From: Eledone cirrhosa
Taxonomy: Eukaryota
Direction: 5' to 3'
DNA length: 64,000 bases
Assembly (NCBI GenBank): GCA_964016885.1
Contig: OZ024748.1
Coordinates: 47,864,001-47,928,000, forward strand
This document shows, in pieces, positions 1 to 14,142 of this stretch (position 1 is the first letter of the stretch; every line of letters starts with the position of its first letter). The notes beneath the pieces were generated by a model, which was given only the letters and a program-made list of their open reading frames with translations, ran no database searches and was not told the DNA's origin. The translations under genes were made by a program, and so were the position numbers.

Positions 1-10
1 GGAGTATATT

Positions 11-394
11 TACAATATTAAATAAATGGAAAACTATATTTATAAAACCATATTTATTTCATTATATATATTTCGGGGATATCATATTAACAATATTCTA
101 TGCCTTCATCAGACAAAATACAATATAAACAGTTTTATAGACAAATAGGTTCGACATACCGTTATAACACCGACTTCATTTGAAGAGTAAACCTCTTCAA
201 ATGAAGTCACAGCCAGAGTAAACCTCTTCAAATGAAGTCGGTGTTATAACGGTATGTCGAACCTATTTGTCTATAAAACTGTTTATATTGTATTTTGTCT
301 GATGAAGGCATAGAATATTGTTAATATGATATCCCCGAAATATATATAATGAAATAAATATGGTTTTATAAATATAGTTTTCCATTTATTTAAT

Positions 395-400
<6 letters not shown>
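11..400. mobile_element. Fold-back (inverted) PLE pLTR unit, family A, one hammerhead per arm
   Basis: 11-187 is the reverse complement of 224-400. The right arm ends in (TA)n. The left arm continues (ggagta) off the window edge. Confidence 0.85.
291..356 (+). ncRNA. Minimal type I hammerhead ribozyme (mirror copy 55-120, -)
   Basis: tattttgt-CTGATGA(299)-imperfect stem II-GAAA(337)-TATATA-TA-atgaaata. Confidence 0.7.
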
Positions 401-492
<92 letters not shown>

Positions 493-494
493 TT

Positions 495-526
<32 letters not shown>

Positions 527-926
527 ATTATATATATATATATATATACACAGTCATGTATATATATATGTATCCTCCACATTACTACTGCAGTGAATAC
601 TTTTACTAGATATGATGTGTTTATTTCATATTGGCTAAACTTTGTTGGTGCCTGTTACTACAGGGAAATAAGACACATAAACAAATGTGCAGATATACAT
701 GCACACCTATAATATATAAACATATCCACACACAGACATATATATACGTATATATGTGTGTGTGCATATATATATATGTGTATATATATATGTGTATATA
801 TATGTGTATATATATATTATATGTATGTGTATATATATATATATATAAGTAAATGTATATATATATGTATATGTATATATATATGTGTATATATATATGT
901 ATGTGTATATATATATGTATATGTAT

Positions 927-958
<32 letters not shown>

Positions 959-965
959 GTATATG

Positions 966-999
<34 letters not shown>

Positions 1000-1069
1000 T
1001 GTATATATATAAATGTATATATATATATATATATGTATATATATAAATGTATATATGTATATGTATGTA

Positions 1070-1123
<54 letters not shown>

Positions 1124-1265
1124 TATATATATATGTGTGTATATATATCTATATATATATATATGTGTGTGTATATATATATGCATATATATGTGTGTAT
1201 ATATATATATATGTGTGTATACATCTATATATATATGTGTGTGTATATATATATATATGTATATA

Positions 1266-1363
<98 letters not shown>

Positions 1364-1435
1364 TATATATATATGTGTGTATATATATCTATATATATAT
1401 ATGTGTGTGTGTATATATATATGTATATATATGTG

Positions 1436-1516
<81 letters not shown>

Positions 1517-1604
1517 GTATATATATATACTCACCCACACACTTGCAATGTTATTAATGCTTATGTGTTTTGTCCTTGTGGCAAAATGAATATTATTATT
1601 ATCT

Positions 1605-1667
<63 letters not shown>

Positions 1668-2289
1668 ATTTTAGTAGTAACAAAACAGCATTTCTGTTAA
1701 AAACACCATAAAAAACTCGTCTTTGAAAAGTCATTATTCAATGATATATTTTCTCTGTTACTGATGTTGTTGTTGTCACTCTTATCATTATGGCTTTTGT
1801 TATTGTTGTGGTTATTGTTACTGTTTCTATTGTTGTTGTTGTTGTTGTTGTTGTTTATATTGTTGTTGTTGTTGTTGTTGTTTGTATTGTTGTTGTTGTT
1901 GTTGTTGTTTCTATTGTTGTTGTTGTTGTTGTTGTTGTTTGTATTGTTGTTGTTGTTGTTGCTGCTGCTCACTGTTGTTGAGACTGTTGTTAATAATGTT
2001 TCATATGTTGTTTTTATTGTTTCAACTATTGTTGGCGGCGTTGTTTTGGGTGTTTATCACAGTGGTGGCGTTGCTGCTGCTGCTGTTGTCTACAATAATA
2101 TACAGTCTTCCCTAAAGCTAAACTGGTGATAAACTATACGTTGTAGTCTTAGTCTTTTCATAATCATCATCGGCATGTCCACCATCATCACTACCACCAA
2201 CAATAACACTATAAAAAGATGTGAAAGCACTGTTAAGAAGCTACATATATGGATTAAGTAACACATGGAAATGAATACTTTCTATGTCT

Positions 2290-2430
2290 AAAATAATATA
2301 GAAAAATGCCAACCCCCAAGATATTGATGTTGCCACAGAAGCCACTGAGAGGACCGTAGTTAATTTGCAGATCAAGAAGGCTCTTCTTATCAACAGGCAT
2401 AAACCAAGCATTAGCAACAGATGTGAATTA
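2290..2430 (+). mobile_element. Degraded GIY-YIG C-terminus of an older Penelope-like element
   Basis: Translates to ATERTVVNLQIKKALLINRHKPSISNRCE, resembling the PLE endonuclease end (E-A-L-x-I...KPSxN). Confidence 0.4.
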
Positions 2431-2579
2431 CATGGGGACGACTGGCTATTGTGATCAGCCTGCATCTATCACATTTCCACCAACAGTCACACAGCAAAGA
2501 ATGGTTTATAGGAACATGACTCCCTAATTTGCCTGTTCTTCATTTAAAAAGGAGGTTCTAATCTTGAAAAGTTATGAAA

Positions 2580-2900
2580 TCATCATCATCATCATCATCG
2601 TTTAACGTCCATATTCCACGCTTGTATGGGTTTGGACGGGAGTTTTCCCACTTGAGGCAAGAGTGGTTGTCTTGCTCGCATAGGACTGTCTGGCGGGATT
2701 CTACAGCTGGATGCCCTTCCTAACACCAACCACATTTACAGTGTGGGGCTGGGAGGTTTTTACCGTGTTGCCTACACAGCCACATTACAGCGTGGACTGT
2801 GTGTTTTTTGTCGTGACACCTACACGATCTCATTTGTTTCGGCCTGGATGTTGTGGCACCAACATAACTTTACATTGAAAGGGGCGGTGTTGATGGGGTG
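2580..2900 (-). mobile_element. Diverged SINE/RTE-type 3' tail
   Basis: Reverse strand carries GTTAGGAAGGGCATCCAGCTGTAGAA ... GGACGTTAAAC(GAT)n. Confidence 0.7.
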
Positions 2901-3091
2901 GGGGTGCCTACCGACTGTAATATAAAGAGTAAAATCTATTGTTTACCCTATTCTAGTAGCACCGTTATATTTTTCTATTCACATTGTACCAATTATTCCA
3001 ATACATTCTTAATTACATATCTTACTATCTGTCATACAGGAATTGAAGATTCAAGTAGCTTAGCAGTATGTCACATATCCAATCTCTTATA

Positions 3092-3153
3092 TATTTTATC
3101 TGATGAAAACGTACTGAAATACCATTGTACCGTAGAAATATGTATAATAATAT
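3092..3153 (+). ncRNA. Hammerhead ribozyme, family A pLTR (unit about 2915-3210 ending at (TA)n)
   Basis: tattttat-CTGATGA-aaacgtac...gtaccgta-GAAA-TATGTA-TA-ataatata; homologous to 49932-49998. Confidence 0.75.
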
Positions 3154-3208
3154 ATACTCTTTGGTTATGATATTATTTCTCATTTATTAATATTTTGAAT
3201 AATATCTG

Positions 3209-3245
<37 letters not shown>

Positions 3246-3249
<4 letters not shown>

Positions 3250-3510
3250 AATGAGTAGGAGTCCTACTCGTTCCTATTACCCACTCTACTACCCTAAGTA
3301 TTGAGTACTTTGGTGCGTTATGGTCGATCTGGTTCCTTACCACATTTCCTTCGTTATATATATATCATCAAGATCGGACTTTGGATCTAGTTGTCAAAAC
3401 GGCCGGAGCTCAGCCGTCGGGGTCCTGAATCTTTTCATATGACCCACTCTACTTCCCCAAGTGTTGAGTACACTGGTGGGTTAGGGTCTAACTGGTTTTT
3501 ACCATACCAT
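3246..3510 (+). mobile_element. Two pLTR end fragments, family D (3' half of a hammerhead plus tail)
   Basis: AAAA-cggccggagctcagccg-TC-ggggtcc, then tail acccactctac...ttgagtac. The tail occurs twice (3277-3350, 3441-3510). Snap-back hairpin at 3246-3276. Confidence 0.55.
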
Positions 3511-3573
3511 ATATGATATGTATATATATATATATAATATATAAGATCAAAAGATGGTTAGAAGAGTTCCATG

Positions 3574-3644
3574 TATTTTATTATGCGCATTTCAAAAGCA
3601 AATATCATCATGCAATAACATTTGCGTTTTCGTCAGATAAAATA
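3574..3644 (-). ncRNA. Minimal hammerhead ribozyme, family B, at PLE 3' end
   Basis: tattttat-CTGACGA-aaacgcaaatgtt...gatatttgctttt-GAAA-TGCGCA-TA-ataaaata. Confidence 0.85.
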
Positions 3645-4617
3645 GGGAGACATGATATGAAGGTTAAAACACACTTGTGAATAGTGCAGTTTTAAATCAA
3701 CATATGAAAAGTAGTTTTAGATTGATGTGTGGTATTGGGAAGAAAAAAATTTAAGTGGGGGGGGGGAGGATGAAAAAGAGGAGGAGATGAGAGTAAAAAG
3801 TGGAGGGGAGGAGTATAATGAGGAAGAATGAGATAGGATGATAGAGACAGAGAGATAGCTTTTATAACTGAGAAAAATATATTGTTTTACATAGAGAGGT
3901 TGAAAAACCGTTGGAAGATAATATATAAATTAAAAGAATTTGAAAATTAACGAAGAGAAAAATTTAGAATAATGTTAAGTTAAGTTTTGTATATTTAAGG
4001 GTTTAATAATATGTGCAATGAAAAGAAATTGTTAAAATGTATTAAGAATAATATTTAAGGGTTTAATAATATGTGCGATGGAAAGAAATTGTTGATATGT
4101 ATTATTAAAAAAATATAAAAATATAGCAATAGTAATGTAAGTAAGGATATATTGTGAAAGAAGTAGAAGATTGGATGAATAAGTGTAATATGTATAAGTT
4201 AGATGAGCATGAAAGGGAGAAAAAAAATAATGAATTGAGGATGAATAATCTAACGTCAAAAAATGTTTCTGTTTACGAAGGATTTTTTCAAGGTGATATA
4301 AAGTAAGAATATATTGTGCTGTGTAATAATTGTTTTTACGTTAGGCACAATGATAATTGAGAAGTATCTAGGAAGAAAAGGTACAGATTAGGGGCTAGAA
4401 ATTAAAAGAAAAAGAAAAAAGAAAAGAAAAAAGGAAAAAAGAAAGAAAGGGAAGTGATAAATAGGAGTGATATAGAATGAGTAACTAGTATTATATAATG
4501 TATAATAAATAACATTGAAATAAGGTAGAAAGATGGGTATATTTTTAAAGAAATATATATGTATATATATATATGTGCCTTTGAGAAAAGGATTTTAAAT
4601 TGATAAAGTATTAGATA

Positions 4618-6083
4618 TTAGCTGTATACTTTATGGAATGTTCTGTGGAATTTATGCAAGCAGAGAGAAAACAAGTCAGTGCGTCTATTTATTATAGAAT
4701 CTAAATTAGATATAATGGTAAATGTTTCACATAAACAGAGATTGCATGTCTTGGATAGAGAACTGTTCAAGTATAACGAAGCAGAAGAAACCTTCTTCCA
4801 AGAGATGTTATAGTTAATATTTTTGTCTTTGAAGGACCATATGAGTTCTGAGAGTGCCGTGTTGGTTCTTTTAAGTTGGTATTTAAAAGACGAATGATGA
4901 TTATAAAGACGAGCTTTAAATGAGGTGGAAGTGGAGCCAAAATAGGTAAAGGAATTGGTGTCAGTTATAACTTTACATTCGTAGATTAAGTTTTTTTCAA
5001 GACAATGGTTGTTGAGAGGACATTTATTTTTAACTGGACAATTGCAATTGCGATTAGAGAGATTAACAGAGTTATTAACAAGTGACCTAGTGTTATCTAT
5101 AGAAGGGATTGGATTGGAGAAGTTATTTACGATAGGAATAATAGTTTCTTGATTTAGAATGGGATTAAGAACATTTAGCGAAGTTGCGTTTGACGTTATA
5201 TTTGGGTTTGCAGAAATTAGCCTAGAGTTAACAATGAAGTCGGGAGTACTATTACTATTATTATGATATTCAGTGTTGGAAGGAAGAGATTTAGTATTTA
5301 GTATTTTATTGTTGTGTTTAGAGATAATGTTGGAAATGTTGGAGGATGTCGAATAGGAAAATTTTATAGTGTGTTTGTTAAATATTTTACTATAGATATG
5401 TGAGGGAGGGAAGCATTTATTTAAGGCACTAAAGAATAATTTAGGAATATTATTATTAATAGAGACGGAGAAAGGAGCATTATACCAGATTATGTTTTTG
5501 TATCTAGGTCTTTTATTAAAGTTTTTGGAATGATCATGATTAATTATTCTACTGTAAGATCTTCTAGAATTTGTTTCTTTACTATATGATTTTATCAGGA
5601 TAACTGGCTTTAGAAAGCGCGTTATTATAGTAATTGGCGTTAGCATCAAAGATGTTTTTATTAGAAGATAGGTTAGATATTCTTTTTCCAATATTACTAA
5701 CTATAGCATTCTTAATATTAGTGGGGTGGTTAGATTTAAAATTAACATAATTTAGGTTCTCATTGTTTTTATGGTAAGGGTAATATAGGCCAGTGTCAAG
5801 ATTAAGAGATACATCCAAGAAATTCGCTAGTTTGATGCTGTTATCAAATTCAATTTTTAAGTTATGTTGGTTAAAGAGATTACATATATTGTTCTTAATA
5901 ATATTAAGGTTAACTATGTTGCAATTTAAGATAGTAAAGAGTCCATCGTCACGATAAATTCCACCGGGAAGTTGAGGAATTTTCCGATTCAAAGAGTTCA
6001 AAATAAAAATACCAATTAAATCTGTCAATTGGGATGAATCGAATGCTCCCATTGTGATGTCAAAGTTGTTAGAGGTATCAGCT
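4618..6083 (-). pseudogene. PLE RT (C-terminal part) + GIY-YIG endonuclease, one frameshift near 5585
   Basis: [41 protein letters not shown]...YFGST, CNLC, LCLH. Confidence 0.92.
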
Positions 6084-6103
6084 CTCTCTATATATATATA
6101 TGT

Positions 6104-6246
<143 letters not shown>

Positions 6247-6257
6247 CATATACATAT

Positions 6258-6399
<142 letters not shown>

Positions 6400-7077
6400 T
6401 GATAAAGTGGCTGATTAACAGAATCATTAATGCATTGGCCTTGTGGTATTTGTGTTCCAAGTTCAAATGTCACTCAATGTATGCCTATATGAATATATGT
6501 TTCTGTGTATTCATGTGTACATGTAAGTATATATGTACATATGATTGTGTGTGTGTGCATGTTTCTGTGTGGTTATTATTATAGATAATTATACAGTTAT
6601 ATATAATTAAACATATCCTATTTTAGTTGATAATACACAATCGTTAAATAATTATATCCAATAATTAAATATATTCATAAGTGTAATTATCTATAATTAT
6701 CTAGCTAATTATTACAAATAATTATTATACTAACAATTATTTCTCAGGACATTGCCTTTCAGGGTTAATTATTTGTGTGCACTTGGAAATTTCTCTCAAA
6801 AGTGCAGGCTTAAGCAAGAATTATTTTTTTTTTATGGATGCCTTCCACACCACCGATGTTTTAGGGTCTAGGAAATGGCTGATACAATTTGGCATCACCG
6901 TAATGTTATCACAGAGGAATAAAATACAAAACAATCTGTAACAAATACTACAGGATTGAACCTAACAAATACCTAGAACTACATGGTTACAAACTGAACT
7001 CCTTAACTACACAGCCATACTTGCACCTATTATAGGGGGGGGGGGGTTCTGTATGTGAATAAATTCTCTCTCTTTAA

Positions 7078-7800
7078 AATAATTGTTTCTACTTTAGGCA
7101 CAAGGCCAGCAATTACCCAGTGCATTACTGGTACTTTATTTTATCGACCCCGTAAGGATGAAAGGCAAAGTAAACCTCGGCGGGATTTGAACTCAGAATG
7201 GCAAGGACCATAACTCTATACGTCAAAGCATGGCGTCCGACCCTCTAAAATAATGTTTGTTTCGTGTAGTCTCTAATTAAATTCAGGGTGGAGATTTTCT
7301 GAAAAGATTTTACAGACAAGACTTATAAGAACCCTCCTTCATATACCTTAACATATTTTAGGAAATAGTGGGGGTGAAAATTATATTGTCTTGCTTCTGA
7401 TAAGAACCATTGTAAGGTGTGTCTTTGGGGGACAGCTCTAAGGAGAAGAAGAAAGAGGAGGTGAAGGAGGAGGAGAATAATAATTGTTTCCAGTTTTGGC
7501 ACAAGGCCAGCAATTACCCCAGTGCATTATTGGTAATTTATTTTATCGCCCCGTAAGGATGAACTGCCAATCCACCAAATAATAATGGTTTCTTATATAG
7601 GCACAAGGCCAGCAATTTTGGGGGAGGGGAAAGTCGATTAAATCGCCCCCAGTGCGTGACTGGTACTTTATTTTAACGACCCCGTAATGATGAAAGGCAA
7701 AGTCAACCTCGGCGGTATTTGAACCCAAATCGTAAAGGGCCGTAACTCTATGCTGCAAAATATGACGTCTTACCCTCTACCGGTACTGCCAATCCACTGA
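7078..7800 (-). mobile_element. Cluster of three SINE family 2 copies (7078-7247, 7478-7575, 7582-7800)
   Basis: Reverse strand GTTCAAAT B-box, GCCTTTCATCCTTACGGGGTCGATAAA core, GGCCTTGTGCC..AGAAAC(ATT)n tail. Confidence 0.85.
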
Positions 7801-7900
7801 ATAATAATAAGAAAAATAAGAAAGACAAGCAACTCAGAGTTTGTAGGAACCCAAGCTGGAGGTTGGAGACCACTGACCGAGACATCACATGATATTTTAC

Positions 7901-8160
7901 TTAACCCTTTAACATTCACATTACTCTCTATATAGCATTATAAGGGTCAGACACCATGCTTTCCAGCATAGTTACGTCCCTTTACGATCTGAGTTCAAAT
8001 CCCGCCGAGGTTGACTTTGCCTTTCATCCTTACGGGGTCGATAAAATAAAGTACCAGTAATGCACTGGGTAATTGCTGGCCTTGTGCCTAAAGTAGAAAC
8101 AATTATATTTTCATGGTAAAGGCTTTACCTCACATAATTACCTCACATAATATCGAATCT
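7901..8160 (-). mobile_element. TTAACCC MITE fragment interrupted by a SINE family 2 copy (about 7941-8105, +)
   Basis: ttaaccctttaacattcacattactct... resumes after the SINE as tatattttcatggtaaaggctttacctcaca; matches 54948-55158. Confidence 0.75.
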
Positions 8161-8177
8161 ATACAACACTAATAAAA

Positions 8178-8371
8178 TACGAGAGTCGGCTGAAGAGTTC
8201 ATAGGCTGACTATGAAGGAGTGATTCTAGAGCTGTGAAATCTTGCACGCATTAATTTCAACTCTTCTTCTGCATTGTTTCTTTCCTGGGATAATGTTGAA
8301 ATATAAACCTCACTTGGTCATTCCATGAGAGTATCTTGGTCAACCTATGAAACTTTCAACTGACCATCATA
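8178..8371. mobile_element. Mariner-type MITE, single-unit form
   Basis: TA-CGAGAGTCGGCTGAAGAGTTCATAGGCTGAC ... GTCAACCTATGAAACTTTCAACTGACCATCA-TA imperfect TIRs. Confidence 0.7.
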
Positions 8372-8524
8372 AAGTTAACCCTGACTGCATAAAAACGTCT
8401 ATAAATTTACACTTTGAGTATATAGATATAAACCTATCAAATTTTATGTACTTTCCTGTAAATTGAAAAATTGATAAATAACTGGAATCGATTTCCAAAC
8501 CTTTTTATGTTTCTATCAGATTCT

Positions 8525-9472
8525 TGTTGAAAAATAAACCTCATTTGGTCATTCCATGAGAGTATCTTGGTCAACCTATGAAGGTCTAATGAAGGCTGTG
8601 AAATCTTGCATGTATTAATTGCACCACTTCTTATTAATTAATAATTGCATTGTTTCTTTCCTGGGACTATGTTGAAGAATAAACCTCACTTGGCCATTCC
8701 ATGAAAGTATCTTGGTCAACCTATGAAGGAGTAATGCTAGAGCTGTGAAATCTTGCATGTATTAATTGCACCACTTCTTAATTAATAATTGCATTGTTTC
8801 TTTCCTGGGACTATGTTGAAGAATAAACCTCACTTGCTCATTCCATGAGAGTATCTTGGTCAACCTATGAAGGAGTAATGCTAGAGCTGTGAAATCTTGC
8901 ATGTATTAATTGCACCACTTCTTATTAATTAATAATTGCATTGTTTCTTTCCTGGGACTATGTTGAAGAATAAACCTCACTTGGTCATTCCATGAGAGTA
9001 TCTTGGTCAACCTATGAAGGAGTGATGCTAGAGCTGTGAAATCTTGCATGTATTAATTGCACCACTTCTTATTAATTAATAATTGCATTGTTTCTTTCCT
9101 GGGACTATGTTGAAGAATAAACCTCACTTGGTCATTCCATGAGAGTATCTTGGTCAACCTATGAAGGACTAATGCTAGAGCTGTGAAATCTTGCATGTAT
9201 TAATTGCACCACTTCTTATTAATTAATAATTGCATTGTTTCTTTCCTGGGACTATGTTGAAGAATAAACCTCACTTGGTCATTCCATGAGAGTATCTTGG
9301 TCAACCTATGAAGGAGTAATGCTAGAGCTGTGAAATCTTGCATGTATTAATTGCACCACTTCTTATTAATTAATAATTGCATTGTTTCTTTCCTGGGACT
9401 ATGTTGAAGAATAAACCTCACTTGGTCATTCCATGAGAGTATCTTGGTCAGTCTATGAACTTTACAGCCACC
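8525..9472. repeat. 147-bp tandem array (about 6 copies) of the mariner MITE interior
   Basis: ctatgaagg recurs at 8721, 8865, 9012, 9159, 9306; the array ends in a TIR. Confidence 0.9.
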
Positions 9473-9719
9473 CAGTTTGATGAAAGAGGGATTGATAAAA
9501 TAAGTACTGGCTTTTAAAAGATAATTACTGTTATCACAGCATGGCCATAGCCTGATGACTGAAACCAGAAACATTTTTTTTTAAATTAAGTTTCAACAAA
9601 ATTTCATTAAAACATACCTTATGCGATGAAACCCAGAATATTTTTGGCAGAATCCTGAGTCCCCCAACAGAAACCATTTTGGGACATGCTGCTCCAGTTT
9701 TGTTTTTTCACCTGGTAGA

Positions 9720-10337
9720 TTAACCCTTTAGCATTTAAACCAGCTGTATCCGCCGAGAATTCTCTCATCTCTTTCTGTTCAAACTGGCCATCATACTTAT
9801 GTTAAGGTATTGTTCTCAAAATAAATGACATCAAAATCTCATAGATTCAATATCCTGTGGAAATACAATAGTAAATATAGAGTAATGTAAATGTTATGTG
9901 AGATATTATGTGAGGTAAAGCCTTTACTGTGAAAATATAATAGTATATATAGAGTAATGTGAATGTTATGTGAGATATTATGTGAGGTAAAGCCTTTCCT
10001 GTGAAAATACAATAGTATATATAGAGTAATGTGAATGTTATGTGAGATATTATGTGAGGTAAAACCTTTACTGTGAAAATACAATAGTATATATAGAGTA
10101 ATGTGAATGTTATGTGAGATATTATGTGAGGTAAGGCCTTTCCTGTGAAAATACAATAGTATATATAGAGTAATGTGAATGTTATGTGAGATATTATGTG
10201 AGGTAAAGCCTTTCCTGTGAAAATACAATAGTATATATAGAGTAATGTAAATGTTATGTGAGATATTATGTGAGGTAAAGACTTCATTGTGAAAATACAA
10301 TAGTATATATAGAGTAATGTGAATGCTAAAGGGTTAA
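9720..10337 (+). mobile_element. TTAA-flanked (piggyBac-like) MITE with internal 72-bp tandem array
   Basis: TTAA-CCCTTTAGCATT ... AATGCTAAAGGG-TTAA; 72-bp unit about 6 times (9855-10325). Confidence 0.85.
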
Positions 10338-11524
10338 GAAACCCCATGGCTTTTAGAGAGCCTCCAAGACCAGAGAGATTGATGCCATTGATATTCTGTT
10401 AGAGGTTCATTCCTTTTAGAAAGACATAAGGAAGGCGGGACCTTCAGATGGGGGGACATTCTTGTGCATTGTGGGCTCTATAGTTCAAGAAATAGATGCC
10501 AACCTCAATGTCACTGACTGTCCACAGGCGTGTGGTAAGCTATGTTCCCGTGCATTCTGAGGGAGTCGTAGTGGGAGCGGGGGGTCTGTAGTGGCATTCA
10601 CCACAAACAACAACACTGCCACCAACACATTCAACAACACCGCAAACATCACCATCACCAACACCGACACCGACACCACTACCACCAATACCAACACCAC
10701 CACAACCAACAACACCGCAAACATCACCACCACCAACAACAACAACACCACCACCACAACCACCACAATGTACCACTGTTGCTACGGCAACATATATCAT
10801 ATATTCTATCAATTTAACAAACAAAATATTTTAATTTGAGTTTGTGTTTATTTTTGTTGTTGTTTATACATTTTTTTTTTTTCTTCAACTTTGATAAATA
10901 TCATTTCTCTCATGAAATTAAGATTGTTTTTAAACTGTTGTTGTTATTGTTGTTGTTGTTGTTATTTTTGTTGTTGTTGTTGTTATTGTTATTTTTGTTG
11001 TTGTTGTTATTGTTGATGTTGTTATTGTTTTTGTTGTTATTGTTGTTGCTGTTGTATCTGTGTATGTTGTCATTATTGTTATTGCTGCTGTTGTTCTTCT
11101 TCTTATTGTTGATGTTGTTATTGTTATTGCTATTGTTGTTGTTGTTGTTATTGTTGATGTTGTTATTGTTATTGCTATTGTTGTTGTTGTTGTTGTTATA
11201 GCTGATGTTGATGTTGTTATTGTTATTGCTATTGTTGTTGTTGTTGTTATTGCTGATGTTGTTATTGTTTTGTTATTGCTATTGTTGTTGATGTTGTTGT
11301 TATTATTGTTACTGTTATTGTTGTTGTAGTATCTGTGTATGTTGCTGTTATTGTTATTGATGTTGCTGTTGTTGTTGTTATTGTTGATGTTATTGTTGTT
11401 GTTGCTGTTGTTGTTATTTATGTTCTACAGATGTTTTTTTTTCTTAATTCACCTCAGTGAACTTCGATGTTATTAATTATACATGAACATGTTTATTAAA
11501 ACACACACACATACACACACATAT

Positions 11525-11591
<67 letters not shown>

Positions 11592-11622
11592 CATATATAA
11601 AAACCCACACCCAAACACATAC

Positions 11623-11677
<55 letters not shown>

Positions 11678-11695
11678 TATATTTATGTATACATT

Positions 11696-11727
<32 letters not shown>

Positions 11728-11731
11728 CATT

Positions 11732-11763
<32 letters not shown>

Positions 11764-11767
11764 CATT

Positions 11768-11826
<59 letters not shown>

Positions 11827-12104
11827 ATATATTTATACATATATATATATGTATTTATATATACATATTTATATTCATATAGAAATACACCCACACACAG
11901 ACATATATTCATATTTATAGATGATTACACACAACCATACATATTTATATAAATACACATACATACATCATACACACACACAGACACACACATATATATA
12001 CATATATATATAAATATATACACACAGGCACACACATATATACATATATATACATATATATACATATATATACATATATATACATATGTATATATTCATA
12101 TATA

Positions 12105-12199
<95 letters not shown>

Positions 12200-12293
12200 T
12201 ATATATATGAATATATATGAATATATACATATGTATATATATATGTATATATATATATATGTTTGTGCCTGTGTGTGTATATATATATATATA

Positions 12294-12353
<60 letters not shown>

Positions 12354-12403
12354 GGCACACACATATATATACATATATATACATATATATACATATGTAT
12401 ATA

Positions 12404-12459
<56 letters not shown>

Positions 12460-12714
12460 TGCACACACATATATATACATATATACATATGTATACACAC
12501 AAACTGTTACAGTAGGAGACTAGGTGTGGGTGGGGAGTGGGGGAGTGAGAGGGTATTGTCAAATGTTGGTGTCATCTGATCTTAGACCACACACACACAC
12601 ATACATACATACACAGACACTTACACTACAGTACACACTAAGTTATCTATATATACTCACACCTTTTATAATAGGTCCTTTGATATGATTTCAAAATATT
12701 TACACCCAATACTG

Positions 12715-13370
12715 CCATACACTCTCACACACACTCACATACACACTCTCACACACACTCACATACACACACTTACACACACTCACATACACACACTTAC
12801 ACACACTCACATACACACTCTCACACACACTCACATACACACTCTCACACACACTCACATACACACACTTACACACACTCACATACACACAGTTACACAC
12901 ACTCACATACACACTCTCACACACACTCACATACACACTCTCACACACACTCACATACACACACTTACACACACTCACATACACACTCTCACACACACTC
13001 ACATACACACTCTCACACACACTCACATACACACTCTCACACACACTCACATACACACACTTACACACACTCACATACACTCACATACACACACTCACAT
13101 ACACACTCTCACACACACTCACATACACACTCTCACACACACTCACATACACACACTTACACACACTCACATACACACACTTACACACATTCACACACAA
13201 TCACAAACACAGTCTTACACACATTCACACACACATTCACACCCAATCACAAACACACTCTCACACACACATTCACACCCAATCACATACACACACACAT
13301 TCACACACAATCACAAACAGTCTCACACACACATTCACACACACATTCACACACAATCAAAACACATTCA
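12715..13370. repeat. 24-bp CA-rich minisatellite
   Basis: actctcacacacactcacatacac unit; gives the THTHIHTL pseudo-ORF. Confidence 0.9.
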
Positions 13371-13383
13371 AATATCCCTCCAG

Positions 13384-13462
<79 letters not shown>

Positions 13463-13709
13463 TCATCATCATCATCATACAGCCACTTGTCTGTGTGTGT
13501 GTGTGTATGTATACTGAAATATGCATAGACACATACTAACAGTACTTAATATACACACTCACTCTCTGGTCTTGTTACACATACATATATATTTATCCAC
13601 ATACACACACACACACACATACACACACACAGACACACACACACATATATATATATTTATATCGGTGTGTGAATGTATGTGTGTATATATATTTACATAT
13701 ATATATATA

Positions 13710-14050
13710 TCATCATCATCATCATTTTTACATCCACTTTTCCCTGCTTGCAAGGGTGGGACGGGAACTGATCCTGGCTTGATTTCTACAGCTGGATGCC
13801 CTTCCTAACACCAACCTCATTTACAGTGAGTGCTGGGTGCTTTTTTTTGCCGTGGCACCTCCATGACCACTTTACAGTGGAATGATAGGGACTCCAGTCC
13901 CTATCATCTCATTTCTACAGCTGAGTAAACTGGAGCAATGTGAAATAAAGTCTCTTGCTCAAGGAAACAACACATCACCCGGTCTGAGAATTGAACTCAC
14001 AACCTTTCGATTGCAAGGCCAATGCTCTAACTACTAAGCCATGTGCCTCC
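13710..14050 (-). mobile_element. tRNA-derived SINE family 1
   Basis: A-box TGGCTTAGTAG, B-box GAGTTCAATTC, TCCTTGAGCAAGA core, (ATG)n tail. Confidence 0.9.
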
Positions 14051-14142
14051 ACATATATATTAACATATGCATAGACACACACTATCACAGCTTAGTGCTC
14101 ACACATACACACATCACAACACAAACACATAAACACACAAAC

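Larger units (their letters stand above)
3540..6088 (-). mobile_element. 5'-truncated Penelope-like element (Naiad-type), (TA)n on both sides
   Basis: RT + GIY-YIG ORF, about 1 kb 3' UTR, terminal hammerhead. Confidence 0.92.

Noticed and set aside
8525-9472. Tandem arrays (also 51586, 59490, 63332) as CRISPR-like
   Set aside because: No unique spacers; most units derive from identifiable transposons; eukaryotic context
10420-10534. Plus-strand AG..GTAAGC exon with Ig-like KAGPSDGGTFLC..ANLNV
   Set aside because: No partner exons found, and it overlaps a competing minus-strand candidate; unresolved without RNA data
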